A stretch of 64,000 bases of DNA from IMG/VR virus record IMGVR_UViG_3300045988_182393, positions 1 to 64,000 of that record, one strand, 5' to 3'. The notes under the pieces were generated by a model. The model saw only the letters and a list, made by a program, of their open reading frames with translations, made no database searches and was not told the DNA's origin. This DNA is from a virus. Shown piece after piece: positions 47,130 through 57,491 of the stretch. Every line of letters starts with the position of its first letter. Positions within the stretch are counted from its first letter, which is position 1. The position numbers and the translations under genes were made by a program.

Positions 47130-49850
47130 ATGACACTGAACGACTTGTCAAGCGAACAACAGGAATTCGTACATTTGGCATTGTCGGGCAAAAACGTATT
47201 ATGTGATGCCTGCATTGGCAGCGGAAAAACATCGACCATCAACGTGCTCTGTGATGCGTACCCTCCAGAACGGCGTATCCTGTACTTGACCTATAACCGA
47301 TTACTCAAACTTGACGCCAAAGACAAAATCAAAAATCATAATGTCTTGGTCCAGAACTATCACGGATTTGCAAGCCTGCTGCTGAACAAAAAGGGAATCC
47401 GGAATTGCGGACAAGGCGAACAGCTCGCTATGGTATTGGAAAAGAAAATTCCGATTCCGCCAATTGATACTCTTATCATTGACGAGTATCAGGATATCAA
47501 TGACGAGATTGCAGAACTGCTCAAATATATCCGTTCTCAGAATCCGGGCCTTCAAATCATCGCAGTGGGCGATATGAAGCAGAAAATCTACGATGATACA
47601 GCGCTGGATGTCTGGGAATTCATGCAGGATTTTCTCGGCCGCCATGAACAGGTGGTTTTCACGAAATGCTTCCGTATTTCTCATGACTTGGCAGAACGAC
47701 TCGGCAATATCTGGGGCAAGACCATCAACGGCGTAAATGGCTCCTGCATTGTGGAACAGATGTCGGTCGATGAGGTGACGGAGTTTCTGAATAAACAAAA
47801 CCCGAAAGATGTTTTGTGCCTGGGCGCTCGAATCGGAGCTATGACAAAGGTGCTCAATGACCTGGAAAATCGCCCCGGAAACCTCTATGACAAGCATCAC
47901 GTCTATGCAAGTATCGCGGACAATGACGGGGATAAGGCGGTAGCACCTTCCTCAGATGTTGGTATCTTCACAACATTTGACGGCAGCAAAGGTATGGAGC
48001 GACCTATCTGTGTCGTGTTCGATTTCACTGAAGAATACTGGTCGTCCCGCACAAGCAAGCCGATGTCACGATATGAGATTCTTCGGAATCTGTTTTGTGT
48101 CGCAGCAAGCCGAGGAAAGCAGCGAATCATTTTCGTAAACTCAGACCATCCGTTGAGCGATAAATCCCTGATGACTCCGACTGGAATGAATTGCGTGTTC
48201 CGGCATCCGTTTTCGTTCTCCGAGATGTTCGACCACAAATTCATCGAAGATGTGGATGCTTGCTATAAGCTGCTGGAAGTCACACCGATTGAGCACAACG
48301 ACAATACGACCATCGATGTGCAGGCAGCGGATGCCATGATTGATTTGTCCCCCTGTATCAGTATCTACATGCAGGCAGGCTTCTTTAATTCCTATGATAT
48401 CGATGACGCACTCGCTTATTACATGGACCTACACAAGGACATGCAGTATTTGAAAATCAAGAAAGGCGCAACGGTCGAGGATAAGGTTCTACTGCTCACA
48501 GCACTCGAAACGAATCAGTGCAGGTATGTAAAACAGGTCAAGCCTCCTTTTGTGAACGCAAAAGCCAAAATGTCGCTCAGTATGCGGCTTGGAACCGTGT
48601 TCACTCCCGATGAGTATGTTCAGGCACGCGGAGATATCGACATCCATACTAATGACCATAAAGTGATTTATGCCTCGGGCCTTGCGGATGTCGTAAAGAA
48701 CAACACCGTCTACTGCATCAAGTTCATCAGCAGTCTGGCACACAAGCATTTTCTGCAGTGTGCGTGTTCTATGATTGCGCTGGGGCTTCCATATGGCGTT
48801 GTCTGGAACGTGAAAAGTAACCTGATGTACAGCGTAAAAATCAAGGATAAGGACGCTCTGATTGACGCAATCCTCAAGTGCATCACGAAACGAGCTTACA
48901 ACGGCGCGGATTGTTACACCTGCCGAAAAGGCTTTGTACAGGATACGGCATCGATTATCGACCGCTGGACTGACGACGGATATGCGGAAGAGTCCACCAC
49001 TATCACTTCCGGAGATGGTATCGCCATCATCAAGCAAGGAAGCCGTTATTTCGTGATGGATGGAGCACGCCGAAACACTCTGAACGATAATTTTGGGCTT
49101 GGTTTTGCCGATGTGAAAGACGCTTGTCTTGCTTATGCGAAGAGTTGCGAACTTCAAAAAAACGTGGACCATGATTCTCCTTATTCCGAAGTCGAGTTCT
49201 GGCTCGACCAGAACAAGGCGTTTGAGGAATACATGACTCAGGTAAGCCATGAAATCGAGCAGCACGAAGAAGGACCGTATGCAAAATACAAGTCTTTCGC
49301 TACGCCTGCTGTCCGAAAGATGCTGGCGGAAAAGGGACTGACCATCACGTTCCCGGAAAAGGTCCTCATCAAGGTCTGGAAGATGCGCCGTGTCGAAGAT
49401 GCCATGTATCAGAAAATCGAAGAAGCAAATAAGCAGAACAATTCCAATGTGCCGCTCGATGAGGCGTTCTTTGACTCTGAACTGGTAGATTCCGTCGAGG
49501 GAAATACCGAAAATACCAAGGCAAAAGCCAAACCCCAAAAGGAATCCACATTACCGTTCTCCAAGTACGGCGCAGATGAGAAGAAGAGCTATCGTGTCGT
49601 GAAAAGCGATGAACTCTCAAAGCCCAACCAGCCCCGTTATGTTGTGGTCGAGGCCGCAACTGATAAGGTCCTGGACAATGCTAACGGATATGGCTACCTT
49701 TCCTATCAGGCTGCCTGGAAAGGCTATTCGTACAAGAGCAAGCATCATCTGGACGGCACGAAGAAACCGATGAGTAAGAGTGCAAAAGAGCAGGCAAAGA
49801 AAAAGGCGGCTTTCTTTTCAACTGACTCAGAGCAGCTCAGCTTTGGCTGA
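47130..49850 (+). CDS. UvrD/Rep-like SF1 helicase with a large C-terminal extension
   Basis: RBS aaggag. ACIGSGKTSTIN (Walker A), LIIDEYQDIND (motif II). Confidence 0.75.
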   Translation: MTLNDLSSEQQEFVHLALSGKNVLCDACIGSGKTSTINVLCDAYPPERRILYLTYNRLLKLDAKDKIKNHNVLVQNYHGFASLLLNKKGIRNCGQGEQLAMVLEKKIPIPPIDTLIIDEYQDINDEIAELLKYIRSQNPGLQIIAVGDMKQKIYDDTALDVWEFMQDFLGRHEQVVFTKCFRISHDLAERLGNIWGKTINGVNGSCIVEQMSVDEVTEFLNKQNPKDVLCLGARIGAMTKVLNDLENRPGNLYDKHHVYASIADNDGDKAVAPSSDVGIFTTFDGSKGMERPICVVFDFTEEYWSSRTSKPMSRYEILRNLFCVAASRGKQRIIFVNSDHPLSDKSLMTPTGMNCVFRHPFSFSEMFDHKFIEDVDACYKLLEVTPIEHNDNTTIDVQAADAMIDLSPCISIYMQAGFFNSYDIDDALAYYMDLHKDMQYLKIKKGATVEDKVLLLTALETNQCRYVKQVKPPFVNAKAKMSLSMRLGTVFTPDEYVQARGDIDIHTNDHKVIYASGLADVVKNNTVYCIKFISSLAHKHFLQCACSMIALGLPYGVVWNVKSNLMYSVKIKDKDALIDAILKCITKRAYNGADCYTCRKGFVQDTASIIDRWTDDGYAEESTTITSGDGIAIIKQGSRYFVMDGARRNTLNDNFGLGFADVKDACLAYAKSCELQKNVDHDSPYSEVEFWLDQNKAFEEYMTQVSHEIEQHEEGPYAKYKSFATPAVRKMLAEKGLTITFPEKVLIKVWKMRRVEDAMYQKIEEANKQNNSNVPLDEAFFDSELVDSVEGNTENTKAKAKPQKESTLPFSKYGADEKKSYRVVKSDELSKPNQPRYVVVEAATDKVLDNANGYGYLSYQAAWKGYSYKSKHHLDGTKKPMSKSAKEQAKKKAAFFSTDSEQLSFG

Positions 49851-49897
49851 TTCAGAAAATCAACAACAGATTTCACGATTAAAAGGAGGAGGAAATC

Positions 49898-50671
49898 ATG
49901 GCAGCCAAAAAGGATAAGATGATTCCGTCTGAGAAAGAACGGAAAAGAGCACTGAAATATGCGACCCCGGCAGGCACGGGTCGGATGTGGGTAACAATGG
50001 GAATCGCCTTTATAATTTTCGGCATTATCTTGCTGCTGATTCCAATTGGCCTTGTTATTTCGGAGGCATCAGCGCAGAGATACGACCCCGAAAGCATCCA
50101 TACAGCAACACTTGTATTCTATCTGCTTGGCGCATTTTTTGATTTCTGCGGATGTTTCTGCGTTATCTTTGGTAAGCTTGCCGTCAAAGCATTTGCGAAA
50201 ATACTGTGCAAGGGTGAAATTAACTATCCGGTAGCGGAATACAAAACACCTAAGAAACTGCTGCTTCAAGAGGCAGCAGCTATCGACCAGAGTCCTAATG
50301 CTCCATTGACAGCTTCCACATTCGGGAACTGGATTGATTTTGAAGCCGATTGGCAAAACTGCCTTTCCATTTATAATGGCATCTTGCAGAGTCATCAGAT
50401 TTTCAAAAAACTGATTCTTGTACAAGACAATTTTACTTACAAAGAGCTGGACTACGAGAATAACTCGGAACTCGGCGTCGGAGCCAAAACATTCGCCGCA
50501 GGAAGCACAACGACCATCGGCAAAATGAAAGGCCACAAGCTCATTTATAATATCGGCATGAATCTTTCCAATGGCAAACTGGGAGTTAACAGCTATTCCA
50601 TCGATACATTGAACGTCACGAATGAAGTACATAAATGGTTAGCTGACCACGGATACACCCGCACAGACTAA
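49898..50671 (+). CDS. Membrane protein (2 TM), hypothetical
   Basis: RBS aaaggaggagg. MWVTMGIAFIIFGIILLLIPIGLVI and LVFYLLGAFFDFCGCFCVIFG. Confidence 0.5.
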   Translation: MAAKKDKMIPSEKERKRALKYATPAGTGRMWVTMGIAFIIFGIILLLIPIGLVISEASAQRYDPESIHTATLVFYLLGAFFDFCGCFCVIFGKLAVKAFAKILCKGEINYPVAEYKTPKKLLLQEAAAIDQSPNAPLTASTFGNWIDFEADWQNCLSIYNGILQSHQIFKKLILVQDNFTYKELDYENNSELGVGAKTFAAGSTTTIGKMKGHKLIYNIGMNLSNGKLGVNSYSIDTLNVTNEVHKWLADHGYTRTD

Positions 50672-50680
50672 GAAATAGCT

Positions 50681-51022
50681 TTGTTCGTTGTCGATACTTC
50701 CGGTTCAATGCGCGGAGAGCCTCTCAATGCACTGAAAACGGCCATGATTAACACCATCCAGTATATCAATTACGACAACTATATCGGCATCCTCGATGAG
50801 TTGCTGGCGATTCTGGCTGATTCAGACGACAGAGCTAGGACTCATAACCTCAGCGGCAGGGATACCTTATCGCCGCCGGTGAGAGGAGGTGTTATGCACA
50901 GACTCAGAACGTTGCGCACTGTTTCGATGCAGCCACGCCAACTCGACCAACACGAATATAATCACAAATCGGAAAATCCTTCTGAATATCACATAACAAA
51001 TATCAGACATATGCCCACATAG
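50681..51022 (+). pseudogene. Decayed fragment of a vWA-domain gene (paralog remnant of 18268-19962)
   Basis: 50684-50800 is ~85% identical at the nucleotide level to 19444-19560 (FVVDTSGSMRGEPLNALKTAMINTIQYIN-DNYIGI). Diverges on both sides. Confidence 0.6.
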
Positions 51023-51039
51023 GCAGAAAGGAATTACAG

Positions 51040-51906
51040 ATGGGACGCTATAATTTTAATCAGAGGACTCGGGACGGCTACGAAATCTCGCCCGAACAGG
51101 CGGCAAAATGGCTTGAGAGGAACGATAGCAATCGGAACGTGAACGTCGCCAAAGTCAAAAAGATGGCGAAAGACATGAGAGAAGGGCATTGGGATACAAC
51201 GCATCAGGGTATCGCCATTGCCTCCGATGGCACGCTGGTCGATGGCCAGCATCGACTGCTCGCTATCGTCGAGTCCGGTGTGACCGTGCGTATGAACGTG
51301 ACCTTTAATGCCGCCAAGTCTCAGCACATCGATTCCGGAAACATCCGCTCCATGGCGAACCGTGTGCAGATGTCCGAGTACGATATGAGCTGGACGAACA
51401 ATACGATTCTCTCCGCAGCAAACCTCATCGGCCGCGTGTTCGCAGGCTCGAACCTCAGTCACGAGGAAGCTTTGAGCGAATGGCTGATGAAATACCGCAC
51501 GCAAATCGAATCCGCCACCAAGTGCATCAAGAAGGCTACGCTGCCGGGACTCAATTCCGCAGGTACAACAGCGGCCATCATTGTGGCTGCCATGAACGAT
51601 GTTCCCGCTATTTATATCGAGAAGTTCATGGACGTGTTCTATTCGGGGTTCACCAACAATGAAGCCGAACATTATGCTATCACGCTGCGGGACGAACTGC
51701 TGCGCGAAAACCGTGTCAAGCGCGGCACACAGTATGCAAGGTTTGCCTTTTTCCGTACTGCAAACCGACTGAACCAGTATTATAAGACTGCCACTGGGCA
51801 GCGCGTCGCTAAGCGCGTCAATAACGGTGACTTCCCATACAATGTCTACGATGCCAACGGCGGTATCGTAAAGCCCGAAACTAAGAAGACGAAGAAGGCG
51901 GTATAA
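51040..51906 (+). CDS. ParB/Srx-fold nuclease-like domain protein
   Basis: HWDTTHQGIAIASDGTLVDGQHRLLAI carries the DGQHR signature. Confidence 0.65.
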   Translation: MGRYNFNQRTRDGYEISPEQAAKWLERNDSNRNVNVAKVKKMAKDMREGHWDTTHQGIAIASDGTLVDGQHRLLAIVESGVTVRMNVTFNAAKSQHIDSGNIRSMANRVQMSEYDMSWTNNTILSAANLIGRVFAGSNLSHEEALSEWLMKYRTQIESATKCIKKATLPGLNSAGTTAAIIVAAMNDVPAIYIEKFMDVFYSGFTNNEAEHYAITLRDELLRENRVKRGTQYARFAFFRTANRLNQYYKTATGQRVAKRVNNGDFPYNVYDANGGIVKPETKKTKKAV

Positions 51907-52020
51907 ACCTAAATTAAATCGGCTTGACTTTTTGCGGCTGTACGAATGTTGCAAAGCTCAGATATAATCCCGGAATTCTGATAATACGCATGGAAAATTG
52001 TTGCAAGGAGGACGAAAACT

Positions 52021-52296
52021 ATGAATGAATTCAAAGCAAGGAGCACGCTGGGAAGCGAGGCTGTCCCGGTTTTCGGCGATGACGGTGAGCTCACGGAATG
52101 GCTGCACCGGGACAACTATACTGTCGAGGAATTGGAACTGATGAACTTTGTCGGCGATGAAAAGCCCGTCATCAAAAAGGACGGCGTGAAAATTATCCGG
52201 GATGGCACGGTCATTCGGAGGACCAACACTGAAACAAGAAAAACTGAATTTTTATTCATCCCGCGCATTGTCACCAGCGAACAGAAAACGGTGTGA
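52021..52296 (+). CDS. hypothetical protein
   Basis: 91 aa. RBS aaggagg. Confidence 0.4.
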   Translation: MNEFKARSTLGSEAVPVFGDDGELTEWLHRDNYTVEELELMNFVGDEKPVIKKDGVKIIRDGTVIRRTNTETRKTEFLFIPRIVTSEQKTV

Positions 52297-52586
52297 GGTG
52301 CAACGTGGTCAAAATTTATGGGTCCAGTGACGACCTTGTCTGCCTGGATAATTCCAACTATGGAGTCGATGAAATTGGTTGCTTCGATGTCAAGGGAGTC
52401 CGGCTGTTCTTGGATGATGACACGATTTTGGTAGTGCGCTATACGAACGGTATCTGGCGCATTGAAATTGAACGCAAGGGCACGGCACCATATCAGCATG
52501 AGGTCTGTGCGGGCAATGATGAGGCCGATTACAGCGATATCTTTTGTACGGAATCCGACGTTATTGCGCACGAAATCATTCGATGA
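52293..52586 (+). CDS. hypothetical protein
   Basis: GTG start overlapping the preceding stop (translational coupling). Confidence 0.4.
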   Translation: MRCNVVKIYGSSDDLVCLDNSNYGVDEIGCFDVKGVRLFLDDDTILVVRYTNGIWRIEIERKGTAPYQHEVCAGNDEADYSDIFCTESDVIAHEIIR

Positions 52587-52600
52587 GGATTGGAGCAGCC

Positions 52601-53254
52601 ATGGCAAAAACTCTTCTGACTCAAAAAATAGAATCAGCGCTAAAGGTTTGGCATCCTGCCAACTATGGTGGATACCGGGTTGATTCATTCCGTCAAGGCT
52701 TCGACGCTCTGGAAGTACCTGTCGAGTGTGGCTCGATAAAATCCGGTCTTGTTGACTTCGTTCGGGTCCAAGAGTGCTTCACATCAGAAACAAAATGTGG
52801 GACCTGCAAACTCTCAATGTACAGGGATGAGAACAGAGACTTAGTTATGCCGTCCGTCCGGCAGTGGACGCAGGAAGTATCATGCCCTAAAGATATCGCC
52901 GACTGGAGTTTTCGTAATGAACCGTGTACGGAACGGTTCTGCAGGCTATATAAGACGAAACATACATACACCATCGACACCGTCATCACCTGCGTGGAAA
53001 TTAAGGTTTCCGTGAGTGACTTTCACTCTGACCATGGCCACAACTTTGTGGGGCACTGTAACTACTATGCGATGCCGTTAGCACTATACAAGAAAGTCAA
53101 AGATGAGATTCCTGATGGTATAGGAGTTCTGCTATATTACAACGGCGAAAGTACCTGCGGGATTCGCAAGAAAATCGAATGCAAGCCCTGCCAACTCTCA
53201 GAGAAAACCCAGAAATGGCTCATCATGTCAGTTGCTAAGCGACTGACAAAATAA
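52601..53254 (+). CDS. Cys-rich hypothetical protein
   Basis: RBS ggag. ~217 aa with many Cys/His. No clear motif. Confidence 0.45.
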   Translation: MAKTLLTQKIESALKVWHPANYGGYRVDSFRQGFDALEVPVECGSIKSGLVDFVRVQECFTSETKCGTCKLSMYRDENRDLVMPSVRQWTQEVSCPKDIADWSFRNEPCTERFCRLYKTKHTYTIDTVITCVEIKVSVSDFHSDHGHNFVGHCNYYAMPLALYKKVKDEIPDGIGVLLYYNGESTCGIRKKIECKPCQLSEKTQKWLIMSVAKRLTK

Positions 53255-53399
53255 AGATATTCGCAGCGATAAAAATTTTCTAAAAAAGGAGAGAGATATT
53301 AAGAATTGGGATATATCGGCCGTGACAAGTCGGTATAAAATGTTTTATAACTGCCCTTGCGGTGACATCTTTGCATCCGCAGCATAAAAGGAGAAATAA

Positions 53400-53516
53400 A
53401 TGAAGAAGCTTTTGCAAATCATCATTTTCGCTATCCTGGTCGGATTTGGCGTTATCTGGTATACAGAAAGCCGGAAGCGCCAGGCCATGATTCCGCTCGA
53501 ATTTCGAGGCGAGTGA
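53400..53516 (+). CDS. small membrane peptide (38 aa)
   Basis: RBS aaaggag. LLQIIIFAILVGFGVIWY. Confidence 0.3.
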   Translation: MKKLLQIIIFAILVGFGVIWYTESRKRQAMIPLEFRGE

Positions 53517-53517
53517 A

Positions 53518-53730
53518 ATGCGAAAAGACATCAAAATTGTGCTGGAAAGCATCTGGTATCTAATTCTGCCGGTGTTTATTTTTGTACTTAACATTAGATA
53601 TTGGCATGGGTATCTAGCGAATCCTGGCTGGTCCTTGACCCATCCGTCATATGTTGTTCTTGGATTTGTCTTGAGCGCTGCGTTGTGCTTTGAGATTGTA
53701 TATATCGACATCAAGTTTGGGGAAAAATAG
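53518..53730 (+). CDS. small membrane protein (2 TM)
   Basis: 70-aa ORF immediately following 53400-53516. Confidence 0.4.
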   Translation: MRKDIKIVLESIWYLILPVFIFVLNIRYWHGYLANPGWSLTHPSYVVLGFVLSAALCFEIVYIDIKFGEK

Positions 53731-53813
53731 CGCTTGCCAAAATATACGAACGCCGTACAATGTAAAGTGTGAACAGATACTAAGCAATCAGTAGGATTCA
53801 CAATCTGTATTTT

Positions 53814-53856
53814 AAGCGGACTTATCCCATAGCGGGGTAGGTCCGCTTTTTTTGTT
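53814..53856 (+). terminator. Rho-independent terminator
   Basis: agcggac...gtccgct then ttttttt. Confidence 0.7.
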
Positions 53857-53872
53857 GAAAGGAGAAGAATTC

Positions 53873-55033
53873 ATGAAAATCAAAAACAAGCTTTTACGGA
53901 GTACAGCGGCAATCATCGCTGCGCTCTTTGCACTCAGCTTCACCGGCTGCGGTCAGAGTCCGATAATATCGGAAAGTCCATCCAGTATCGGGGTCGTCTC
54001 AGAAAGCACTGTGAGCAGTGACCAGACAGCTGGCGATTCGGTGGACGGCAGCTTTACGATTCACTTTATAGACGTAGGGCAGGCGGATTCCGCCCTTATC
54101 ACCTGTGACGGCCACTCAATGCTTATTGATGGCGGTAATGTAGATGATTCTAACCTCTTATATTCTGTTATGCAGCGTGAAACCGATGGGCACCTGGATT
54201 ATGTCGTTGGGACTCACGCGCACGAAGACCACATCGGCGGCTTGTCCGGTGCTTTTGAGGCCGTCACTGCGGACATGACTCTATGCCCTGTGACAGAATA
54301 CGACAGCAAAGCATTTCGGGACTTTGCAAGCTACGCGGAACAGAAAGGCGGAGGCATCACGATACCGGATGTGGGTGAAACCTACACTCTGGGGGAAGCG
54401 GAATTCACGATAGTTGGTGTTAATTCTGCTCCCGATGATACGAACAATGCATCGATTGTTCTGCGCATCGTTTATGGGGATACTTCGTTCCTCTTTACTG
54501 GTGATGCTGAACAGGAAGCCGAAAATGTGATACTTGCATCGGGACAAGACATTCAGTCAACGGTTCTGAAAGTAGGTCATCACGGCTCAAACACATCCAC
54601 ATCGGAAGCCTTTCTGGATGCAGTGAATCCGACCTATGCTGTGATTTCCTGTGGAGCAGGGAACAGCTATGGCCACCCGCATCAGGAAACACTCGACAAG
54701 CTGCAAAACAAGGGTGTTGAGGTTTATCGCACAGACCTGCTGGGTGATATCTATTGTACCTCGGATGGCAAAGAGGTAAGTTTCACTTCCGGTGAATATC
54801 ATGATGAAAACCGGATTGAAGCCGGTAGTGCTGCAGATTCCAAGGATGAACAGGACAAAGCTTCACTTGTCATAGACGAGACATACGTTCTGAACACGAG
54901 CACTATGAAGTTTCACAAACCCGATTGCTCTGCAGTCGAATCGATGAGTCAAAAGAATCGAATCGACTATATGGGGCCCCGCGATGAGCTCATCCAGGAA
55001 GGGTATTCGGCGTGTGGGATTTGCAAACCATAA
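53873..55033 (+). CDS. Lipoprotein with ComEC/Rec2-type metallo-beta-lactamase fold hydrolase domain
   Basis: Lipobox LSFTGC. HFIDVGQADS, GTHAHEDHIGG (HxHxDH), GDAE, KVGHHGS. Confidence 0.75.
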   Translation: MKIKNKLLRSTAAIIAALFALSFTGCGQSPIISESPSSIGVVSESTVSSDQTAGDSVDGSFTIHFIDVGQADSALITCDGHSMLIDGGNVDDSNLLYSVMQRETDGHLDYVVGTHAHEDHIGGLSGAFEAVTADMTLCPVTEYDSKAFRDFASYAEQKGGGITIPDVGETYTLGEAEFTIVGVNSAPDDTNNASIVLRIVYGDTSFLFTGDAEQEAENVILASGQDIQSTVLKVGHHGSNTSTSEAFLDAVNPTYAVISCGAGNSYGHPHQETLDKLQNKGVEVYRTDLLGDIYCTSDGKEVSFTSGEYHDENRIEAGSAADSKDEQDKASLVIDETYVLNTSTMKFHKPDCSAVESMSQKNRIDYMGPRDELIQEGYSACGICKP

Positions 55034-55061
55034 AAATTGCACCTGATTTACTCGACAAGCT

Positions 55062-55079
55062 GTGCGAACCGACTACAAT
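55062..55079 (+). promoter_or_regulatory. Conserved promoter box GTGCGAA-N5-TACAAT
   Basis: ctgtgcgaa ccgac tacaat. Confidence 0.55.
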
Positions 55080-55149
55080 AAAAATTGTACGATAGATAAC
55101 ATTCTATATCGAAAGGGTTTTATGCCTTTCGTACATTCACAATTTCGCT

Positions 55150-55192
55150 TAAAGGGCGGACTTCCTGTTTTTAGGGAGCCCGCCCTTTTTGT
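55150..55192 (+). terminator. Intrinsic-terminator-like hairpin inside the leader between the promoter box and 55217 (attenuator-like)
   Basis: aaagggcgg...ccgcccttt then ttg, preceded by a cgaaagg...cctttcg hairpin. Confidence 0.45.
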
Positions 55193-55216
55193 ATGAACAA
55201 GAAGGAGCGTAATGCA

Positions 55217-55957
55217 ATGTTCAAAATTCACGATGACAAAGTCTATTTCGTCGCCGAAACCCCCGATATCAACAAAGTTATCGAAATCTTCCTACCTAAG
55301 GATGACCGTGGCACCATTATGGATTCACACGAAATCCGTGTGGACCTGTGCCGTGCCGTCATTCACATGGAGAAGGAGGGTGTCCGTGTCTTGAAGGTCC
55401 GCAACATTGAGGATACCAACAAGGCAAGCATCGACATCTGGCACATGCCGGAATATCAGGAGGCTGCAGAGTCTCCCGTAAGCGATGTGGTCAATGCCTG
55501 CATTGAGTCCTGCTTTGATTCCGGTGCAATGTTCAATCTGCCATGCAAAGCCAACCGCAAAACCCATGAAGTTTTTGCTGTCGAATGCTGCGCAAGCCCC
55601 GATGATGATGACTCGTTCAGTTATGCAGAAGTGAAAATCAACGGCAAGGATTATCCTATCAATTTTATTGACGATATTCTTCTCGAAAACAATGTTGATG
55701 ATGCGCTGGATGAGTTTTATAGAATTCAGCAGACAGGCGAGTATTGGCAGCCTGATGGCAACAAAACGCTGGATGATGCCATTCACGAATGTCGTTGGGC
55801 TATCCTGAAGGATGCCATCCAGAAGCGCGGACATGAGGCTGTTGCTGATTTTGTCGGGACCGACATTTCCAGCGATACTTACGACCGCGTGATGGATGAA
55901 ACCGAAGCCCAGATGCCGGACGAAGAGTTCGAGCGCTTCTGGGAAAAGTACATCTAA
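55217..55957 (+). CDS. hypothetical protein (first gene of the radical-SAM operon)
   Basis: RBS aaggag. ~246 aa. Confidence 0.5.
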   Translation: MFKIHDDKVYFVAETPDINKVIEIFLPKDDRGTIMDSHEIRVDLCRAVIHMEKEGVRVLKVRNIEDTNKASIDIWHMPEYQEAAESPVSDVVNACIESCFDSGAMFNLPCKANRKTHEVFAVECCASPDDDDSFSYAEVKINGKDYPINFIDDILLENNVDDALDEFYRIQQTGEYWQPDGNKTLDDAIHECRWAILKDAIQKRGHEAVADFVGTDISSDTYDRVMDETEAQMPDEEFERFWEKYI

Positions 55958-55992
55958 GAAACATCTCACACACAGAAAGGGAGCATATTACT

Positions 55993-56319
55993 ATGGCTAT
56001 TTTCAATACCAACGAATTTCTCCGCAAAACCTTCAGCAAGACCATCTTTGGTACTGCTGCACTTCGTCCGGAAGCAGTTTGTGCAGACGGCTTCACCCTG
56101 TCGATTCAGGCAAGCGGCATGCACTACTGCATACCGAACGAAGACCTGTCGGACGGCAATTACTCTAAGGTTGAACTCAGCTACTTGTCTGAGGAGGTCG
56201 AAGAGTTTCTGCCGTTTGCTGAAGACGACGAGGCACCGCTGGCTACGGTCTACGGGTATGTGCCCGTAGAAACCGTAGACGCGGTTCTGGCCAAGCACGG
56301 CGGTATCGTCAACGCGTGA
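55993..56319 (+). CDS. hypothetical protein
   Basis: 108 aa. RBS aaagggag. Confidence 0.45.
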   Translation: MAIFNTNEFLRKTFSKTIFGTAALRPEAVCADGFTLSIQASGMHYCIPNEDLSDGNYSKVELSYLSEEVEEFLPFAEDDEAPLATVYGYVPVETVDAVLAKHGGIVNA

Positions 56320-56335
56320 GGGGGGGGAACTTACG

Positions 56336-56662
56336 ATGGAAGTATTCACTATCGTCGCCAATGAGGTCATTGGCTTATCCGCAACGGAATGCACACTGAT
56401 GCAATTCAGCTACAATCCGGAGCAAATCCATGACCCCGAAGCGGTCCTGCGCAGTGCTGTCATGGACTATCTCAAGACGGATGAAGGCAAACGACAGCTG
56501 GAAATCAACTGTGGTTGCTGGAACTGGGGCGATGTCGATGACATTCCCGGCTCGTTCTTCTTGAACTATGGTCTGACTAAAATCGCTCCGCCGGATGTGA
56601 ATGTTGTCGTCGACCGCAACGAGAACTTCATGGATGACTACGAGGATTGCGAGGAAGAATAA
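56336..56662 (+). CDS. hypothetical acidic protein
   Basis: 108 aa. C-terminus DDYEDCEEE. Confidence 0.45.
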   Translation: MEVFTIVANEVIGLSATECTLMQFSYNPEQIHDPEAVLRSAVMDYLKTDEGKRQLEINCGCWNWGDVDDIPGSFFLNYGLTKIAPPDVNVVVDRNENFMDDYEDCEEE

Positions 56663-56680
56663 CAGAAAGGGCATGAAAAA

Positions 56681-57421
56681 ATGCGTATTTATAGCGCAAA
56701 CAACGTATTCATAGAAGTTACGCGCCGATGCAATATGTGCTGTGCGCACTGCCTGCGCGGAGATGCCGAAAGCATCGATATTCAGGAGAAGTACATCGAC
56801 GCTTTTCTCGACAACCTTGAGAAGGGAGCTTATATCAGCTCTCTTACCTTTACCGGTGGGGAAATCTCTCTGAATATACCGGCAATTCGATACACCTTGA
56901 AAGCTGTCAAAGAGCGCGGTATCGCCGTTGGAAGCTTTTACATGGTCACTAACGGAAAAGCTGTCGATAAGATGGCTGACCTTGCTATGGCGAGTCTGGA
57001 GTGGTGGGCCTACTGCGATGAAAAAGATGACTATATGTGCGGTCTTTGCATCAGCAGTGATAACTTCCACGAAGCAATCCCATATGAAAGTGAAAGTATC
57101 CTTAGTGGCTTGAAATATAACCGTAACGATAAGGTAACGGACTTCCATCTGGCTTATTTACTGAACGAAGGGCGTGCTAAGAATCTCGATTCGAATATCT
57201 ATAAGAAGCGTGAACCTCATGTAGACAAGCTCGAATACGAATTCAACAAAACCGGCGATATCGACTTTTACAGCGGCGAGCTGTACTTGAACGCCATCGG
57301 TGATGTCGTTTCCGGCTGCGATTGGTCCTACAAGTCGCAGAAGAAATATCGTTTTGGTAATGTAATGAACAAAAACTGGCTGGAAAACATTTCCAACAGC
57401 GAGTTGTACATTGCAAGCTAA
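56681..57421 (+). CDS. Small radical SAM enzyme (possible twitch/SPASM-like auxiliary Cys)
   Basis: VTRRCNMCCAHC (CxxxCxxC), TFTGGE (GGE motif). Extra CDEKDDYMCGLC Cys triad. Confidence 0.7.
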   Translation: MRIYSANNVFIEVTRRCNMCCAHCLRGDAESIDIQEKYIDAFLDNLEKGAYISSLTFTGGEISLNIPAIRYTLKAVKERGIAVGSFYMVTNGKAVDKMADLAMASLEWWAYCDEKDDYMCGLCISSDNFHEAIPYESESILSGLKYNRNDKVTDFHLAYLLNEGRAKNLDSNIYKKREPHVDKLEYEFNKTGDIDFYSGELYLNAIGDVVSGCDWSYKSQKKYRFGNVMNKNWLENISNSELYIAS

Positions 57422-57491
57422 ACCATATCACTTATACATTGCCACTGTTTTCCTACAGAAACGGTGGCTTTTTTAGAAAAGGAGACCACAA

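Noticed and set aside
53873-55033. MBL-fold lipoprotein as an Apyc1-like anti-Pycsar nuclease
   Set aside because: The signal peptide, lipobox and ComEC-type motifs indicate an extracellular ComEC/Rec2-related hydrolase rather than a cytoplasmic cyclic-nucleotide phosphodiesterase.
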